Below are positions 48,293 through 58,458 of a stretch of 60,411 nucleotides of DNA, piece after piece. Where the stretch lies: positions 1 through 60,411 of the forward strand of contig CAZNEH010000004.1 in the NCBI GenBank assembly GCA_964572175.1, given 5' to 3'. Both the position numbers and the translations under genes were made by a program. How positions within the stretch are numbered: position 1 is the first letter of the stretch; each line of letters opens with the position of its first letter. The notes beneath the pieces were generated by a model. The model worked only from the letters and a program-made list of their open reading frames with translations, had not been told where the DNA came from and ran no database searches. Origin of the DNA: an uncultured Gammaproteobacteria bacterium (GTDB taxonomy: Bacteria; Patescibacteriota; Patescibacteriia; UBA9570; CAZNEH01).

Positions 48293-48320
48293 AAGACCCT
48301 GGCTATCCAGGGTCTTTTTT
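48293..48320 (+). terminator. Intrinsic terminator after ftsZ
   Basis: aagaccctgg-ctat-ccagggtctt + T-run. Confidence 0.8.
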
Positions 48321-48356
48321 GTTATAATAAAGACGTTATAATTAAAAATAAAAAAC

Positions 48357-50414
48357 ATGAAAAAATTATCAATTTTAATGGCCATAGCAGTTTTTGGTTT
48401 TGTTTTACCATTAACAGCATTTGCCTCAGTAGTTAATTTTAATTCCTCTCTTTACGCTGAAGTTAATGGCGATGAGGAAGGCGGTGAAATGGGGTCGCGA
48501 GACTTGGTAGTCGGTGATTTTAACGGAGACGGAAGAGATGATTTCGCCATTGATTCCGGAAATACTGGGAGTAGTGTTACCTTAGGAACCACCGTTCATA
48601 TAGTTCAAGGAAAGAAAGCTGATATTTCTGATGGAAAAATTGGATCTACGGATCGTTATAGCATTACCATAACTGACGATTATGATTTTATATTTCAAAA
48701 AGCAGCCGGAGACTTAAATGGAGACGGGTATGATGATTTAGCGGTTTATGCTTATAGTTATGGAAACAGCAAAATGCATATTTTTTATGGATCATCTAGC
48801 CTTCCAACTAGCAATGTTGCCGTCACCTCTTCAGATATTACTATCGGAATTAATGATACAATGAATAATATAACCTTTGGAGACCTGGATGGAGACGGTA
48901 AAGACGAAGTATTGGTTAATGATTTTTTCTATGATACAGATGATGATTTAGATACTCCTTATTTAGGAAAGATATATGGTTTTTCTGATGATACCTTAAA
49001 TAATGCCACTTCTACAGTTCCTCTAAGTAGCGCAGATTTTACAATTACTGGAGCTAGAGCCCAGGGAAATTCTCCTGATCTTGGTAAAGTTATGCGAATA
49101 AGAGATATTGATGATGATGGAAAAAATGATATTTTGATCGGAGCTCCTGATTATAATGAAGAAGGACACGAAGAAGCTGGAAAAGAAGTGGACCCAAGAG
49201 AGGGAATTAGAATGGGAGCAGTTTATGTAATTTATGGAGATAATACCCTTTTAACTGGAGACTCAGACATAGATGACATCACTGATGCAAGGTTTACCGG
49301 TGATTCAATGGCTAAGTCTCAATACAATCATCCCGATGATGAGTATGCGGATTATTATTTAAAATGGTTATATTATGGTGATCAAATGGGCTCAGACATC
49401 TTAACCGGTGATTTAAACGGAGATAATAAAACAGATCTTATTATTGGCTCTCTTTATCGCTGGGATTTTGGTGAATACACCGGAGGGCTTTATGTAGTTT
49501 ATGGAACTGGCTCTAAATTAAGTGGAGACCAGCCGATTAAAACAACTTATGATGTATTAATCCAACCATCTTCTGGGCATGCTTCTAATATTGGAGAATA
49601 TGGCTGGACTGGTGTAGGAGACGTTAATAATGACGGAGTAGATGATATTTTATTTAATGGTTTTGAAACTTCTTCCGGAGATAGATATCCAGGGTTAATT
49701 TATGGAGGTAAAAACCATAATGCATTAACTGGTCAGGTTGGGGCTGATTCTGCAGACATGATTTATAAATTTAATGACGATACTTTTAATAGCACCTTAT
49801 TAGATTTAGACGGAGATAATAAGTTAGATTTTATTTTCTCTTCTGGAAATTATGATGATTACAAGACTAATGCCGGTAAGATGTTTATCGGGTATAATAA
49901 TTCCGAATTAGTAGGGCCTAGAGTTACCGCAGGACTGGATGGTAAGATTAGAATTAGAAATTATAATGGAAAGATTACTAAAAAGAAAGTATTTAATAAA
50001 AAATATTCAGGTCGAGCTAAAGTAGTTCCGCATAATAATAGTTATATTATTTTACATCAAAAGGGTAGGCGTTTAGCAGTGGTAGACGATGAATTTGAGG
50101 TGGTGGCCAATCAAAGCATTTCTAGCGTTAGCTGGAAATATGGGAATGTACAAGTATTTGATTTAAAAGATAACGATACCTTGGATATTATTGCTACTAA
50201 AAAAAGAGCTACAAATAATAGAGTTAGAACCCAGACTTTCAGATGGAATGGTGCTAAAGATAAATTAATTAAAAGATCAGGTTATACTATTCATAAGCCA
50301 GCAGCCAAAGTAAAGCAAACCAGAGTTAGAAAAGGAAAAGTTATTGTACGTGATAGCAGTAGAGATGAGCTAAAAGAGTATGATGTTTTGGAATCTGGTA
50401 AATTAAAACCATAG
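48357..50414 (+). CDS. Secreted FG-GAP (integrin-alpha-like beta-propeller) protein with basic C-terminal domain
   Basis: Repeated GD(F/L)NGDG.DD motifs, IGAP. Confidence 0.85.
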   Translation: MKKLSILMAIAVFGFVLPLTAFASVVNFNSSLYAEVNGDEEGGEMGSRDLVVGDFNGDGRDDFAIDSGNTGSSVTLGTTVHIVQGKKADISDGKIGSTDRYSITITDDYDFIFQKAAGDLNGDGYDDLAVYAYSYGNSKMHIFYGSSSLPTSNVAVTSSDITIGINDTMNNITFGDLDGDGKDEVLVNDFFYDTDDDLDTPYLGKIYGFSDDTLNNATSTVPLSSADFTITGARAQGNSPDLGKVMRIRDIDDDGKNDILIGAPDYNEEGHEEAGKEVDPREGIRMGAVYVIYGDNTLLTGDSDIDDITDARFTGDSMAKSQYNHPDDEYADYYLKWLYYGDQMGSDILTGDLNGDNKTDLIIGSLYRWDFGEYTGGLYVVYGTGSKLSGDQPIKTTYDVLIQPSSGHASNIGEYGWTGVGDVNNDGVDDILFNGFETSSGDRYPGLIYGGKNHNALTGQVGADSADMIYKFNDDTFNSTLLDLDGDNKLDFIFSSGNYDDYKTNAGKMFIGYNNSELVGPRVTAGLDGKIRIRNYNGKITKKKVFNKKYSGRAKVVPHNNSYIILHQKGRRLAVVDDEFEVVANQSISSVSWKYGNVQVFDLKDNDTLDIIATKKRATNNRVRTQTFRWNGAKDKLIKRSGYTIHKPAAKVKQTRVRKGKVIVRDSSRDELKEYDVLESGKLKP

Positions 50415-50430
50415 ATAAATAATTAAAAAT

Positions 50431-52536
50431 ATGTTTAAAAAAGTATTTTATTGCTTGGCTATAGGATTTTTTGTATTTCCTTTATTAAGTCAAGCTTCCA
50501 CAGAAATAGACTTAAGTGAATTTCAATTTAAAATGATTGGAGAAGAAGAGGGAGACCAGGCCGGAAGTGCAGTTTCCTCAGCCGGAGATGTAAATGGAGA
50601 TGGTTATGATGATATTTTAGTTGGAGCGCCATATCAAAATCTAGCCATTGAGACAGATGATGCTGGAGCTACTTACTTAATATACGGAGGAACTTCTTTA
50701 GATGCTTCTATAGATCTTAGTGAGGCTGATGTAAAATTTAATGGAGAAGCAATTAATGATTATACTGGAAAATCAATCTCTTCTGCCGGAGATGTAAATG
50801 GAGATGGTTATGATGATATTTTAATCGACTCAATGACTCAAAATTCTAATGGTATGGATTCAGGGGCCGCTTATTTAATATATGGCTCCACTTCATTAGA
50901 TAGTTCAATAGACTTAGGTGATGCTGATGTTAAAATTATTGGTGAAGAGGCTGAAGATTATGCTGGTCGCTCTGTTTCCTCAGCCGGAGATGTAAATGGA
51001 GATGGTTATGATGATATTTTAGTTGGAGCTAATGGACAGGATATAGGGGGTAGTGGTACAGGATCTGCCTACATAATATATGGCTCTACTTCTCTAGCTA
51101 GCTCTATAGACTTGGGAGATGCTGATGTTAAATTAATTGGTGAAACAAGCGGTGATTACGCCGGTCTACCCATTTCCTCTGCTGGAGATGTTAATAATGA
51201 CGGCTATGATGATATTTTAATTAGCGCTGCCAATCAAGACGCTGGAGGATCTAATTCAGGGGCTATTTATTTGATATATGGTTCCACTAGCTTGGCTAGT
51301 TCTATAAATCTTAGTGATGCTGATGTTAAATTAATTGGAGAAGAAGCTAGCGATGATGCTGGTAACTCTGTTTCTTCTGCTGGAGACGTTAATAATGATG
51401 GATATGACGACATTTTAATCGGTGCTCCTAGTCAAAATGCTGGAGAAAATCTTAATGGCGCTGCTTATTTAATATATGGCTCTACTTCTTTAGATAGTTC
51501 TATAGACCTAGGAGATGCTGATGTTAAATTAATTGGTGAAGCCTATTTAGATTCAGCTGGTTTTGCTGTTTCCTCTGCTGGAGACGTAGATAATGACGGC
51601 TATGATGATATTTTAATTTATGCCTTCGATGATGCCGGAGGATCTAATGCTGGGGCTACTTATCTTATCTATGGTGCCAACTCTTTTTCCCCTACTATTA
51701 ATTTAGGAGTCGATTCTTTAGCAGTTAGGCCTATTTTAAAATTTATTGGAGAAGAAGCTAGTGATCTTTCTATTAATTCTGAAAATATTTCCTCTGCTGG
51801 AGATGTTAATAATGACGGCTATGATGATATTTTAATTGGTGCCATGGGGCAAAGTGAAGGAGGGTTTACTGCTGGAGCAGCTTATTTAGGATATCTTAAT
51901 ATTGACGAAGATGGAGATGGAATTACTAGCTCAGAGGGTTTAATCCCTGGCGATGATCCAGATGACACCGTTGCTCAAAATTCTAGTTATTACAACATAG
52001 ATCCTTTTGGAAACGCTGATTTAATAAGTCGAATAAGAGGAGGATATAATGGTAATATAATAGTCACTTATGCTGACGATACTAAATATACTTTTAATAT
52101 TTTTAATATAGTTTCAGACAAAAAAACAAAGATTGAATTATATAGAAATAGCGGTTATTGTATTACTGCTCAATCTAGAGGTAAGAAAATAGCCTTAGTA
52201 AATTGTTTAAACGGACAACTTTTAAAAAAGAAGGTCATAGCTAAAAATATCCAAGAAAATGTTAATTCTCAAATATTAAAATTAAGAAATAGATATTTTC
52301 TTGTTAATACTCTTAAAACAAGGACTAATAAGGCAAAAGTGGTTATCACTAGAATATTAATTAACCAAGAAAAATTTGGCATCCAAGATTCGACCAAGGT
52401 TTTTAAGGCTAAGAATTTAAAAGTCAGCAAAACCAAGGAAGGAAAAAATAATATTTTACAAATCAGGACTAACAAAAGAATAATTAGAAAATATTTAGTT
52501 ACTAAAAAATATAATTTAAAGAAAAAAATTAATTAA
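50431..52536 (+). CDS. Secreted FG-GAP repeat protein with basic C-terminal domain
   Basis: Seven near-identical SSAGDV(N/D)(G/N)DGYDDIL repeats. Confidence 0.9.
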   Translation: MFKKVFYCLAIGFFVFPLLSQASTEIDLSEFQFKMIGEEEGDQAGSAVSSAGDVNGDGYDDILVGAPYQNLAIETDDAGATYLIYGGTSLDASIDLSEADVKFNGEAINDYTGKSISSAGDVNGDGYDDILIDSMTQNSNGMDSGAAYLIYGSTSLDSSIDLGDADVKIIGEEAEDYAGRSVSSAGDVNGDGYDDILVGANGQDIGGSGTGSAYIIYGSTSLASSIDLGDADVKLIGETSGDYAGLPISSAGDVNNDGYDDILISAANQDAGGSNSGAIYLIYGSTSLASSINLSDADVKLIGEEASDDAGNSVSSAGDVNNDGYDDILIGAPSQNAGENLNGAAYLIYGSTSLDSSIDLGDADVKLIGEAYLDSAGFAVSSAGDVDNDGYDDILIYAFDDAGGSNAGATYLIYGANSFSPTINLGVDSLAVRPILKFIGEEASDLSINSENISSAGDVNNDGYDDILIGAMGQSEGGFTAGAAYLGYLNIDEDGDGITSSEGLIPGDDPDDTVAQNSSYYNIDPFGNADLISRIRGGYNGNIIVTYADDTKYTFNIFNIVSDKKTKIELYRNSGYCITAQSRGKKIALVNCLNGQLLKKKVIAKNIQENVNSQILKLRNRYFLVNTLKTRTNKAKVVITRILINQEKFGIQDSTKVFKAKNLKVSKTKEGKNNILQIRTNKRIIRKYLVTKKYNLKKKIN

Positions 52537-52547
52537 AAATAAAAACT

Positions 52548-54065
52548 ATGCTCAAAAAACTTCTAAGCACCGGGTTCTTATTTCTAGGAATTTTCCTATT
52601 AATGGGGCCTGCCCAAGCCAAAGACATTAGCGGCACCTTATTAACTGGAGATTTTCCTGGAGTTAAGGATGATATTAAAAGCGTTCTTCATTATGATGGC
52701 TCTGCCTTAGTTGCTTATCCTGATGAAGACGATACTGGGGTAGTGGTCTATGGCAAATTAACCGCTTCTGATGGTGGAGATTGGCTTAATGCTACGACTA
52801 TGACTAATGACGAGGTTTCTGGAGCTGAGTCTTATGTAATCAGAGATTTACAAATCGAAGCTTATAAAGGAAACCCCTCTGAGCATGTAGATAATTACGT
52901 AGCTTGGATAGCTGAATATTATGACTCTGATGGTGTTTTTATCACTGAAATAGCCCATCTTTATCAAATTGACTCTGGTTTTTATCTTGATGACATGACT
53001 CTTAATCCCCATGCTCTTCATCTAGAAAGATTTGATGCCCCTGTAACCAATGATCCTATAATGATTAATGATTTACTCACTGTTGAAAATCAAGGAGATA
53101 TTGATTTTGAAATTGGTGATGCTGGAGAAAGCTCAATTTCAATAAAATTAATCAATCAAGAACAAGTAATCTTAGGAAGAGAGATTCCTCAGGATGATTG
53201 GGAAGAATATGAACCTAAGCCAATTACTAATTTAACAGAAGATATGGTCAACATTGGTGATAATTTGTTTTATTTTGTTGATCAGCAAGAAGATGAATTC
53301 GAATTATTTAATTGGGCTGATGGATATTCCTCAACTGCTGAAAGCATAGCAACTATAGAGGGGGAATATTTGGGAAGTTATAAAGTAGGAAATAACATTT
53401 ACGCTGTTTATCACAGAGACAATGATGCTTATTTAGCTACCTTAGAAAATGATCATGGTGTTTGGAGTACAAGTGAACAACGAGTATTCTCTAACATCGG
53501 AGATATTAGAAAAGGCGAAGTGCATTTTAATGATTATGGTTCCGGTCAGGTAATAGTTGTCTTTAAAGCAGTAAAAAATAGTAAAAAACATTTACATGTT
53601 GCTGTCCAAAAAAGCTCTGGTTGGGTAAAGGAGCAAAATATCTTTGCTAAACCCAGTTCTCTTTATTTACCAAAGATTCAAGCTTTTGAAAATGGTCAGG
53701 TAAATCTATTATGGAAATGGGGAAGTAAATTATATAGTAGTACCTATAATGCTGGTGACACTAGTTGGTCTACCCCAGTTAAAAAAAGCCGCACTTATGC
53801 CGGTCGAATCTGGAAATTTCTTTATTCTAAAGATCCTGAATACTACAACAATAAAACTATCGAATGGTTTACCTCTCCTAGTAAAAAATATTACGTTTTA
53901 CGTAACTGGGATATTGCCGATGCTTTATCTGGATCAGCTCTCTCTCGTTTAAAAAAGAACTTTAACATGGTTGCCCACGAGTCTTTAAACGATTATCACT
54001 TGTTTGTCTTTAGAAACGGAGACAAGCTTAGAGCCGCAGCCCAAGAACAGGCAAATATCTTCTAA
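52548..54065 (+). CDS. Secreted hypothetical protein (acidic N-half, basic C-half)
   Basis: Signal peptide AQA-K; 505 aa. Confidence 0.6.
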   Translation: MLKKLLSTGFLFLGIFLLMGPAQAKDISGTLLTGDFPGVKDDIKSVLHYDGSALVAYPDEDDTGVVVYGKLTASDGGDWLNATTMTNDEVSGAESYVIRDLQIEAYKGNPSEHVDNYVAWIAEYYDSDGVFITEIAHLYQIDSGFYLDDMTLNPHALHLERFDAPVTNDPIMINDLLTVENQGDIDFEIGDAGESSISIKLINQEQVILGREIPQDDWEEYEPKPITNLTEDMVNIGDNLFYFVDQQEDEFELFNWADGYSSTAESIATIEGEYLGSYKVGNNIYAVYHRDNDAYLATLENDHGVWSTSEQRVFSNIGDIRKGEVHFNDYGSGQVIVVFKAVKNSKKHLHVAVQKSSGWVKEQNIFAKPSSLYLPKIQAFENGQVNLLWKWGSKLYSSTYNAGDTSWSTPVKKSRTYAGRIWKFLYSKDPEYYNNKTIEWFTSPSKKYYVLRNWDIADALSGSALSRLKKNFNMVAHESLNDYHLFVFRNGDKLRAAAQEQANIF

Positions 54066-54112
54066 CTTATCCACAAGTTTTCCAGGATCCCCTAACATTA
54101 GGGGATTTTGTT

Positions 54113-54161
54113 TTACCAGATATTGTGCTATAATAAGTTTACACACCACAATATGTAGTGT
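54113..54161 (+). promoter_or_regulatory. Tandem NrdR boxes around the -10 of the nrdR-nrdD operon
   Basis: ttaCcAgATaTtGtgc (54113-54128) and ccaCaAtATgTaGtgt (54146-54161) fit acaCwAtATaTwGtgt; DnaA box TTATCCACA at 54067-54075. Confidence 0.7.
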
Positions 54162-54211
54162 TTAACAAAATAACTAATTTGCCTACAGCTTGTCGTTAGG
54201 TAAAAAAGTAT

Positions 54212-54700
54212 ATGATTTGCCCGGCTTGTCACAACCAAGACACAAAAGTCGTCGATTCTCGGGCCCTAGAGGAGGGAATTACGATTAGAAGACGAAGAGA
54301 GTGCGAAAAGTGCACCTTTCGTTTTTCTACAGTAGAGGAAGTAGAAATCCTTAATCTTAGTGTTGTTAAAAATGATGGGGAAGAAGAACCTTATGATAAA
54401 GAAAAGCTAGCCAAGGGAATTCAAAGAGCTTTAGAAAAAAGATCTGTAACCCCAGAGAGGTTTAAGCGAATCATTAATAGTATTGAAAGAGATATTCAAA
54501 TCAAGGCTAAACAAGATAAGATCACCAGTCAACAAATTGGTGAGATCATTATGAAGCATCTAAAAAAGGCTGATAAAGTTGCCTATATTAGATTTGCCTC
54601 TGTTTATCATGATTTTGAAGATTTAGATACTTTTAAAAAGGAGTTAAATAAATTATTAAATAAAAAGAAATGCCCGCCAAAAAGAAAAGCAAAAAAGTAA
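54212..54700 (+). CDS. nrdR: Transcriptional repressor NrdR
   Basis: CPAC...DSR...IRRRRECEKC..RFST; ATP cone; AYIRFASVY. Confidence 0.95.
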   Translation: MICPACHNQDTKVVDSRALEEGITIRRRRECEKCTFRFSTVEEVEILNLSVVKNDGEEEPYDKEKLAKGIQRALEKRSVTPERFKRIINSIERDIQIKAKQDKITSQQIGEIIMKHLKKADKVAYIRFASVYHDFEDLDTFKKELNKLLNKKKCPPKRKAKK

Positions 54701-56784
54701 GCAAAGCAACTAAAAAGAAGCAAAGCCTTACTCGGATCAAAAAAAGAGACGGAAGTTTAAAGAAATTCGATCCAGATAAAATAACAGTCGCTGTTTTTAA
54801 GGCCACTCAAGCTATTGGCGAAGAAGATCTTAAAGTAGCTCGTAAAGTTACTGAAAAAGTGGTCAAATATTTAGACAAAGTTTACGACGGACACACTGTT
54901 CCTACTGTAGAAGAAGTTCAAAATTCAGTGGAAAAAATATTAATTGAAGAAGACTTAGTAAAAGTTGCTAAATCTTATATCTTATATCGTGAACAACGCA
55001 CTAAATTAAGAGGAATTACCGATACTACTACTAATTTCAAAGAATTAGTTGAAAACTATATTGGTCAAGGAGACTGGAGAGTTAAAGAAAACAGTAACAT
55101 GAGCTTTTCCTTACAAGGATTAAACAACTATGTTTCCTCTGCAATTTCTTCTAAGTACTGGCTTTATACTATTTATCCAGCTGAAATTCGTGACGCTCAT
55201 TTAAATGCTGATATGCACATCCATGATCTAGGATTATTATCAGTTTATTGCTGTGGCTGGGACTTAAAAGACATTCTAATGTATGGTTTTAAAGGAGCAG
55301 CTCATAAAATTTCTAGTAAACCACCTAAACATTTTAGAAGTGCTTTAGGGCAATTAGTAAATTTCTTTTACACTTTACAAGGAGAGGCTGCTGGAGCTCA
55401 AGCCTTAGCTAACTTCGACACTTATTTAGCCCCATTTATTCATTATGATAAGCTTACTTACGAAGATGTTAAGCAAGCTTTACAAGAATTTGTTTTCAAC
55501 ATGAATGTGCCGACTAGAGTTGGCTTCCAAACTCCTTTCACTAACATTACTATGGATGTTAAGCCAACAAAAATGGTTGGAGACGAAGCTGTTATCATCG
55601 GCGGTAAACCAAAGCCAAGGAAATACAAAGAGTTCCAAAAGGAAATGGACATGATTAACCGCGCTTTTGCCGAAGTCATGCTTGAAGGAGACGCTACTGG
55701 TAGAGTATTTACTTTCCCAATTCCTACTTACAATATTACTAAGAAATTTGACTGGGACAACAAGGCTTTAGAAAAAATGTGGGAAATGACCGCTAAATAC
55801 GGAGTTCCTTATTTCTCTAACTTTGTAAATTCAGACATGGACCCAGACGATGCTCGTTCTATGTGCTGTAGATTGCGCCTAGATAATAGAGAGCTTAGGA
55901 AGAGGGGCGGAGGCTTATTTGCGGCCAACCCTTTAACTGGTTCTATCGGTGTAGTTACTATCAATTTACCTCGTTTAGGCTATTTAGCTAAGAATAAAAA
56001 AGATCTTTACAAGCGTTTAGACAACATGATGAACCTAGCTCGTCAAAGCCTAGACATTAAGCGTGATATCTTAGAAGAGTTTACCGAGCAAGGTCTTTAT
56101 CCGTACAGTAAGTATTATTTACGCGGAGTTAAAGAAAGAATGGGCACCTATTGGAAAAATCACTTTAACACCATTGGAATCCATGGAATGAACGAGTGTT
56201 TAATCAACTTCATGGGTAAAAACATTCTAAGTAAAGAAGGCCATGAAATGGCTTTAGATATCATGGAATATATGAGAGCTAGAATGATAGAGTTCCAAAA
56301 AGAATCTAACAACCTTTACAACCTAGAAGCTACCCCAGCTGAAGGAACTAGTTATCGATTTGCTAAAAAAGATAAAGAAGATCACCCAGACTTAATCTGT
56401 GCTAACGAAGATAATTATCAACATAGCGGAGCTGATCCATATTATACCAACTCTACTCATTTACCAGTTGGTTATACCGACGATCTATTCGACGCTTTAG
56501 ATTTACAAGATCCTTTACAGACTTTATATACTGGTGGAACTGTATTACATGGGTTTGTCGGAGAGCAATTAGATCCAGCCGCTTGTAAAAAACTAGTTAA
56601 AACAATTTCAGATAAATATTCTCTACCATACTATTCTATTACCCCTACATTCTCTGTTTGTCCAAAGCATGGTTACTTAGCTGGAGAACATTTCTATTGT
56701 CCTAAGTGTGACGAAGAAATTGGTTATAAAGAACCAACTAAGAAGAATATCAAAAATCCAGTCAAACATTACAACCTATCATAA
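54670..56784 (+). CDS. nrdD: Anaerobic (class III) ribonucleoside-triphosphate reductase, large part lacking the glycyl-radical tail
   Basis: N-terminal ATP cone, HIHDL, YCCGW, SMCCRL, EATPAE, CPKH...CPKC. Confidence 0.92.
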   Translation: MPAKKKSKKVSKATKKKQSLTRIKKRDGSLKKFDPDKITVAVFKATQAIGEEDLKVARKVTEKVVKYLDKVYDGHTVPTVEEVQNSVEKILIEEDLVKVAKSYILYREQRTKLRGITDTTTNFKELVENYIGQGDWRVKENSNMSFSLQGLNNYVSSAISSKYWLYTIYPAEIRDAHLNADMHIHDLGLLSVYCCGWDLKDILMYGFKGAAHKISSKPPKHFRSALGQLVNFFYTLQGEAAGAQALANFDTYLAPFIHYDKLTYEDVKQALQEFVFNMNVPTRVGFQTPFTNITMDVKPTKMVGDEAVIIGGKPKPRKYKEFQKEMDMINRAFAEVMLEGDATGRVFTFPIPTYNITKKFDWDNKALEKMWEMTAKYGVPYFSNFVNSDMDPDDARSMCCRLRLDNRELRKRGGGLFAANPLTGSIGVVTINLPRLGYLAKNKKDLYKRLDNMMNLARQSLDIKRDILEEFTEQGLYPYSKYYLRGVKERMGTYWKNHFNTIGIHGMNECLINFMGKNILSKEGHEMALDIMEYMRARMIEFQKESNNLYNLEATPAEGTSYRFAKKDKEDHPDLICANEDNYQHSGADPYYTNSTHLPVGYTDDLFDALDLQDPLQTLYTGGTVLHGFVGEQLDPAACKKLVKTISDKYSLPYYSITPTFSVCPKHGYLAGEHFYCPKCDEEIGYKEPTKKNIKNPVKHYNLS

Positions 56785-56819
56785 ATTTATATAACTTAAA
56801 AAACTAAAAGAAAAATCAT

Positions 56820-56981
56820 ATGGAGGACAAAAATCTTCAAGACCAAAGACAAAAATGCGACGTTTACTCTAGAGTAGTCGGATTCCTAACCCCGGTTCAA
56901 CAATGGAACACCGGTAAACGGGCTGAATTCTTTGATCGTGAAACCTACGACCAAACACCTGGTTGTGGTTGCGGTCAATAA
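56820..56981 (+). CDS. Stand-alone 53-aa NrdD glycyl-radical domain
   Basis: MEDKNLQDQRQKCDVYSRVVGFLTPVQQWNTGKRAEFFDR...; YSRVVG radical loop. Confidence 0.8.
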   Translation: MEDKNLQDQRQKCDVYSRVVGFLTPVQQWNTGKRAEFFDRETYDQTPGCGCGQ

Positions 56982-56984
56982 AAT

Positions 56985-57677
56985 ATGATCATCTCCGGAT
57001 TACAAAAAACTAGTTTTATTGATTATCCGGAAAAAACATCTGCCATCATCTTTACTCGGGGTTGTAACTTTCGTTGCAAGTACTGCCACAACCCCGAGCT
57101 GGTAGATCCAGATAAGTATTTTCCGGAAATCGCAGAATCAGAGATTCTGTCTTTTTTACGTAAACGTCAAGGAGTATTAGACGGAGTAGTTATTACTGGT
57201 GGCGAGCCCACTATCTATAAGGATCTTCCAGAATTTATAAACAAAATTAGAGACCTAGATCTATTAGTTAAGTTAGACACTAACGGCATGAATTTCAAAA
57301 TGCTAGAAGATTTAACTAAACAGGGAAAAATAGACTATGTCGCCATGGACATTAAACACTCTCTAGATAAATATTCTGATATTACAGGAGTTATTTCTGA
57401 TGATATTGCCAAAAGTATAAAATTTTTACTAGCCAATAATATTCCTTATGAATTCCGTACCACTATTTTACCTAAATTTTTCAAGAAACAAGACTTTCAT
57501 GAGATTGGCAGATTAATTCAAGGGGCTAAAAAATACTACTTACAACAATTTAGACCACAAAAAACTTTAGACCTTAGCTTGTCCGAAGCTAAAAGCTTTA
57601 CTACTCAAGAAATAGAGGAATTTAAAGAGATTATGGACGAATATGTTGATGATTGTGAAATACGTGGTATAATATAA
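56985..57677 (+). CDS. nrdG: Anaerobic RNR activating radical SAM enzyme
   Basis: GCNFRCKYCHN, TGGEP, KLDTNG, YEFRTT. Confidence 0.9.
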   Translation: MIISGLQKTSFIDYPEKTSAIIFTRGCNFRCKYCHNPELVDPDKYFPEIAESEILSFLRKRQGVLDGVVITGGEPTIYKDLPEFINKIRDLDLLVKLDTNGMNFKMLEDLTKQGKIDYVAMDIKHSLDKYSDITGVISDDIAKSIKFLLANNIPYEFRTTILPKFFKKQDFHEIGRLIQGAKKYYLQQFRPQKTLDLSLSEAKSFTTQEIEEFKEIMDEYVDDCEIRGII

Positions 57678-57679
57678 TT

Positions 57680-58243
57680 ATGATTATTCATCCAAAACCA
57701 GGAAAACAATATAACCCTCGAAAGAATTTAGGATTAATTCACGTATATACAGGTGAGGGCAAGGGTAAAAGTACCGCTGCTTTAGGATTGGCGGCTAGGG
57801 CTTTGGGCCATGGCCACAAGGTTTTAGTTGTTCAATTTTTAAAAGCAGACAAAGATTTAGGAGAGTATAAATTTTATCAAGACGTCCCCAATATCGAGTT
57901 AATTCAGTTTGGAAACCCAGATTTAGTAAATCCAGAAAACCCTTCAGACATGGATGTTTACTTAGCTGGGAAAGCCATGGAATATTTACGGCAGCAAATG
58001 ATAAAAGATCGTCCAGATTTATTAATTTTAGACGAAGTTAATCCAGCCGCCCACTACAAGGCCTTAGATTTACATGATCTAGTTAGCTTTTTAGAAAATA
58101 AGCACCAAGAAACCGAAGTTGTTCTCACTGGCCGTAAAGCCCCTAAAGAATTAATCGATCTAGCCCATCTAGTCACAGACATGGAGATGGCTAAACATTA
58201 TTATCATCGCCGCAATCCTGCGCGCCATGGAATAGAATTTTAA
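57680..58243 (+). CDS. Cob(I)alamin adenosyltransferase (CobA/CobO/BtuR family)
   Basis: VYTGEGKGKSTAA, QFLK, ILDE, LTGR. Confidence 0.88.
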   Translation: MIIHPKPGKQYNPRKNLGLIHVYTGEGKGKSTAALGLAARALGHGHKVLVVQFLKADKDLGEYKFYQDVPNIELIQFGNPDLVNPENPSDMDVYLAGKAMEYLRQQMIKDRPDLLILDEVNPAAHYKALDLHDLVSFLENKHQETEVVLTGRKAPKELIDLAHLVTDMEMAKHYYHRRNPARHGIEF

Positions 58244-58255
58244 TTAATAATTAAT

Positions 58256-58283
58256 GTAAAGACGAGGCATGCCTCGTCTCAAC
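58256..58283. repeat. REP-like palindrome (GTAGAGACG...CGTCTCTAC class)
   Basis: gtaaagacgaggcatgcctcgtctcaac. Confidence 0.6.
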
Positions 58284-58287
58284 AAAT

Positions 58288-58455
58288 ATGATCAAAGTAG
58301 ATCACGAATTATGTACTGGTTGCGGAACATGCGTAGCTTTATGTCCAAGTTGCTTTAAGCTTGGTGATCAAGGAAAAGCAGAAGTAATCGGTGAAGCTGA
58401 TTGCGCTACCCAAGCTGCTGAGAGCTGCCCTGAAGGCGCAATCACTATTGAGTAG
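58288..58455 (+). CDS. Ferredoxin (55 aa)
   Basis: CTGCGTCVALCP...AAESCPEGAI. Confidence 0.88.
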   Translation: MIKVDHELCTGCGTCVALCPSCFKLGDQGKAEVIGEADCATQAAESCPEGAITIE

Positions 58456-58458
58456 ATT

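Noticed and set aside
50570-51850. DNA tandem repeats as a mobile or diversity-generating element
   Set aside because: Fully explained by in-frame FG-GAP protein repeats
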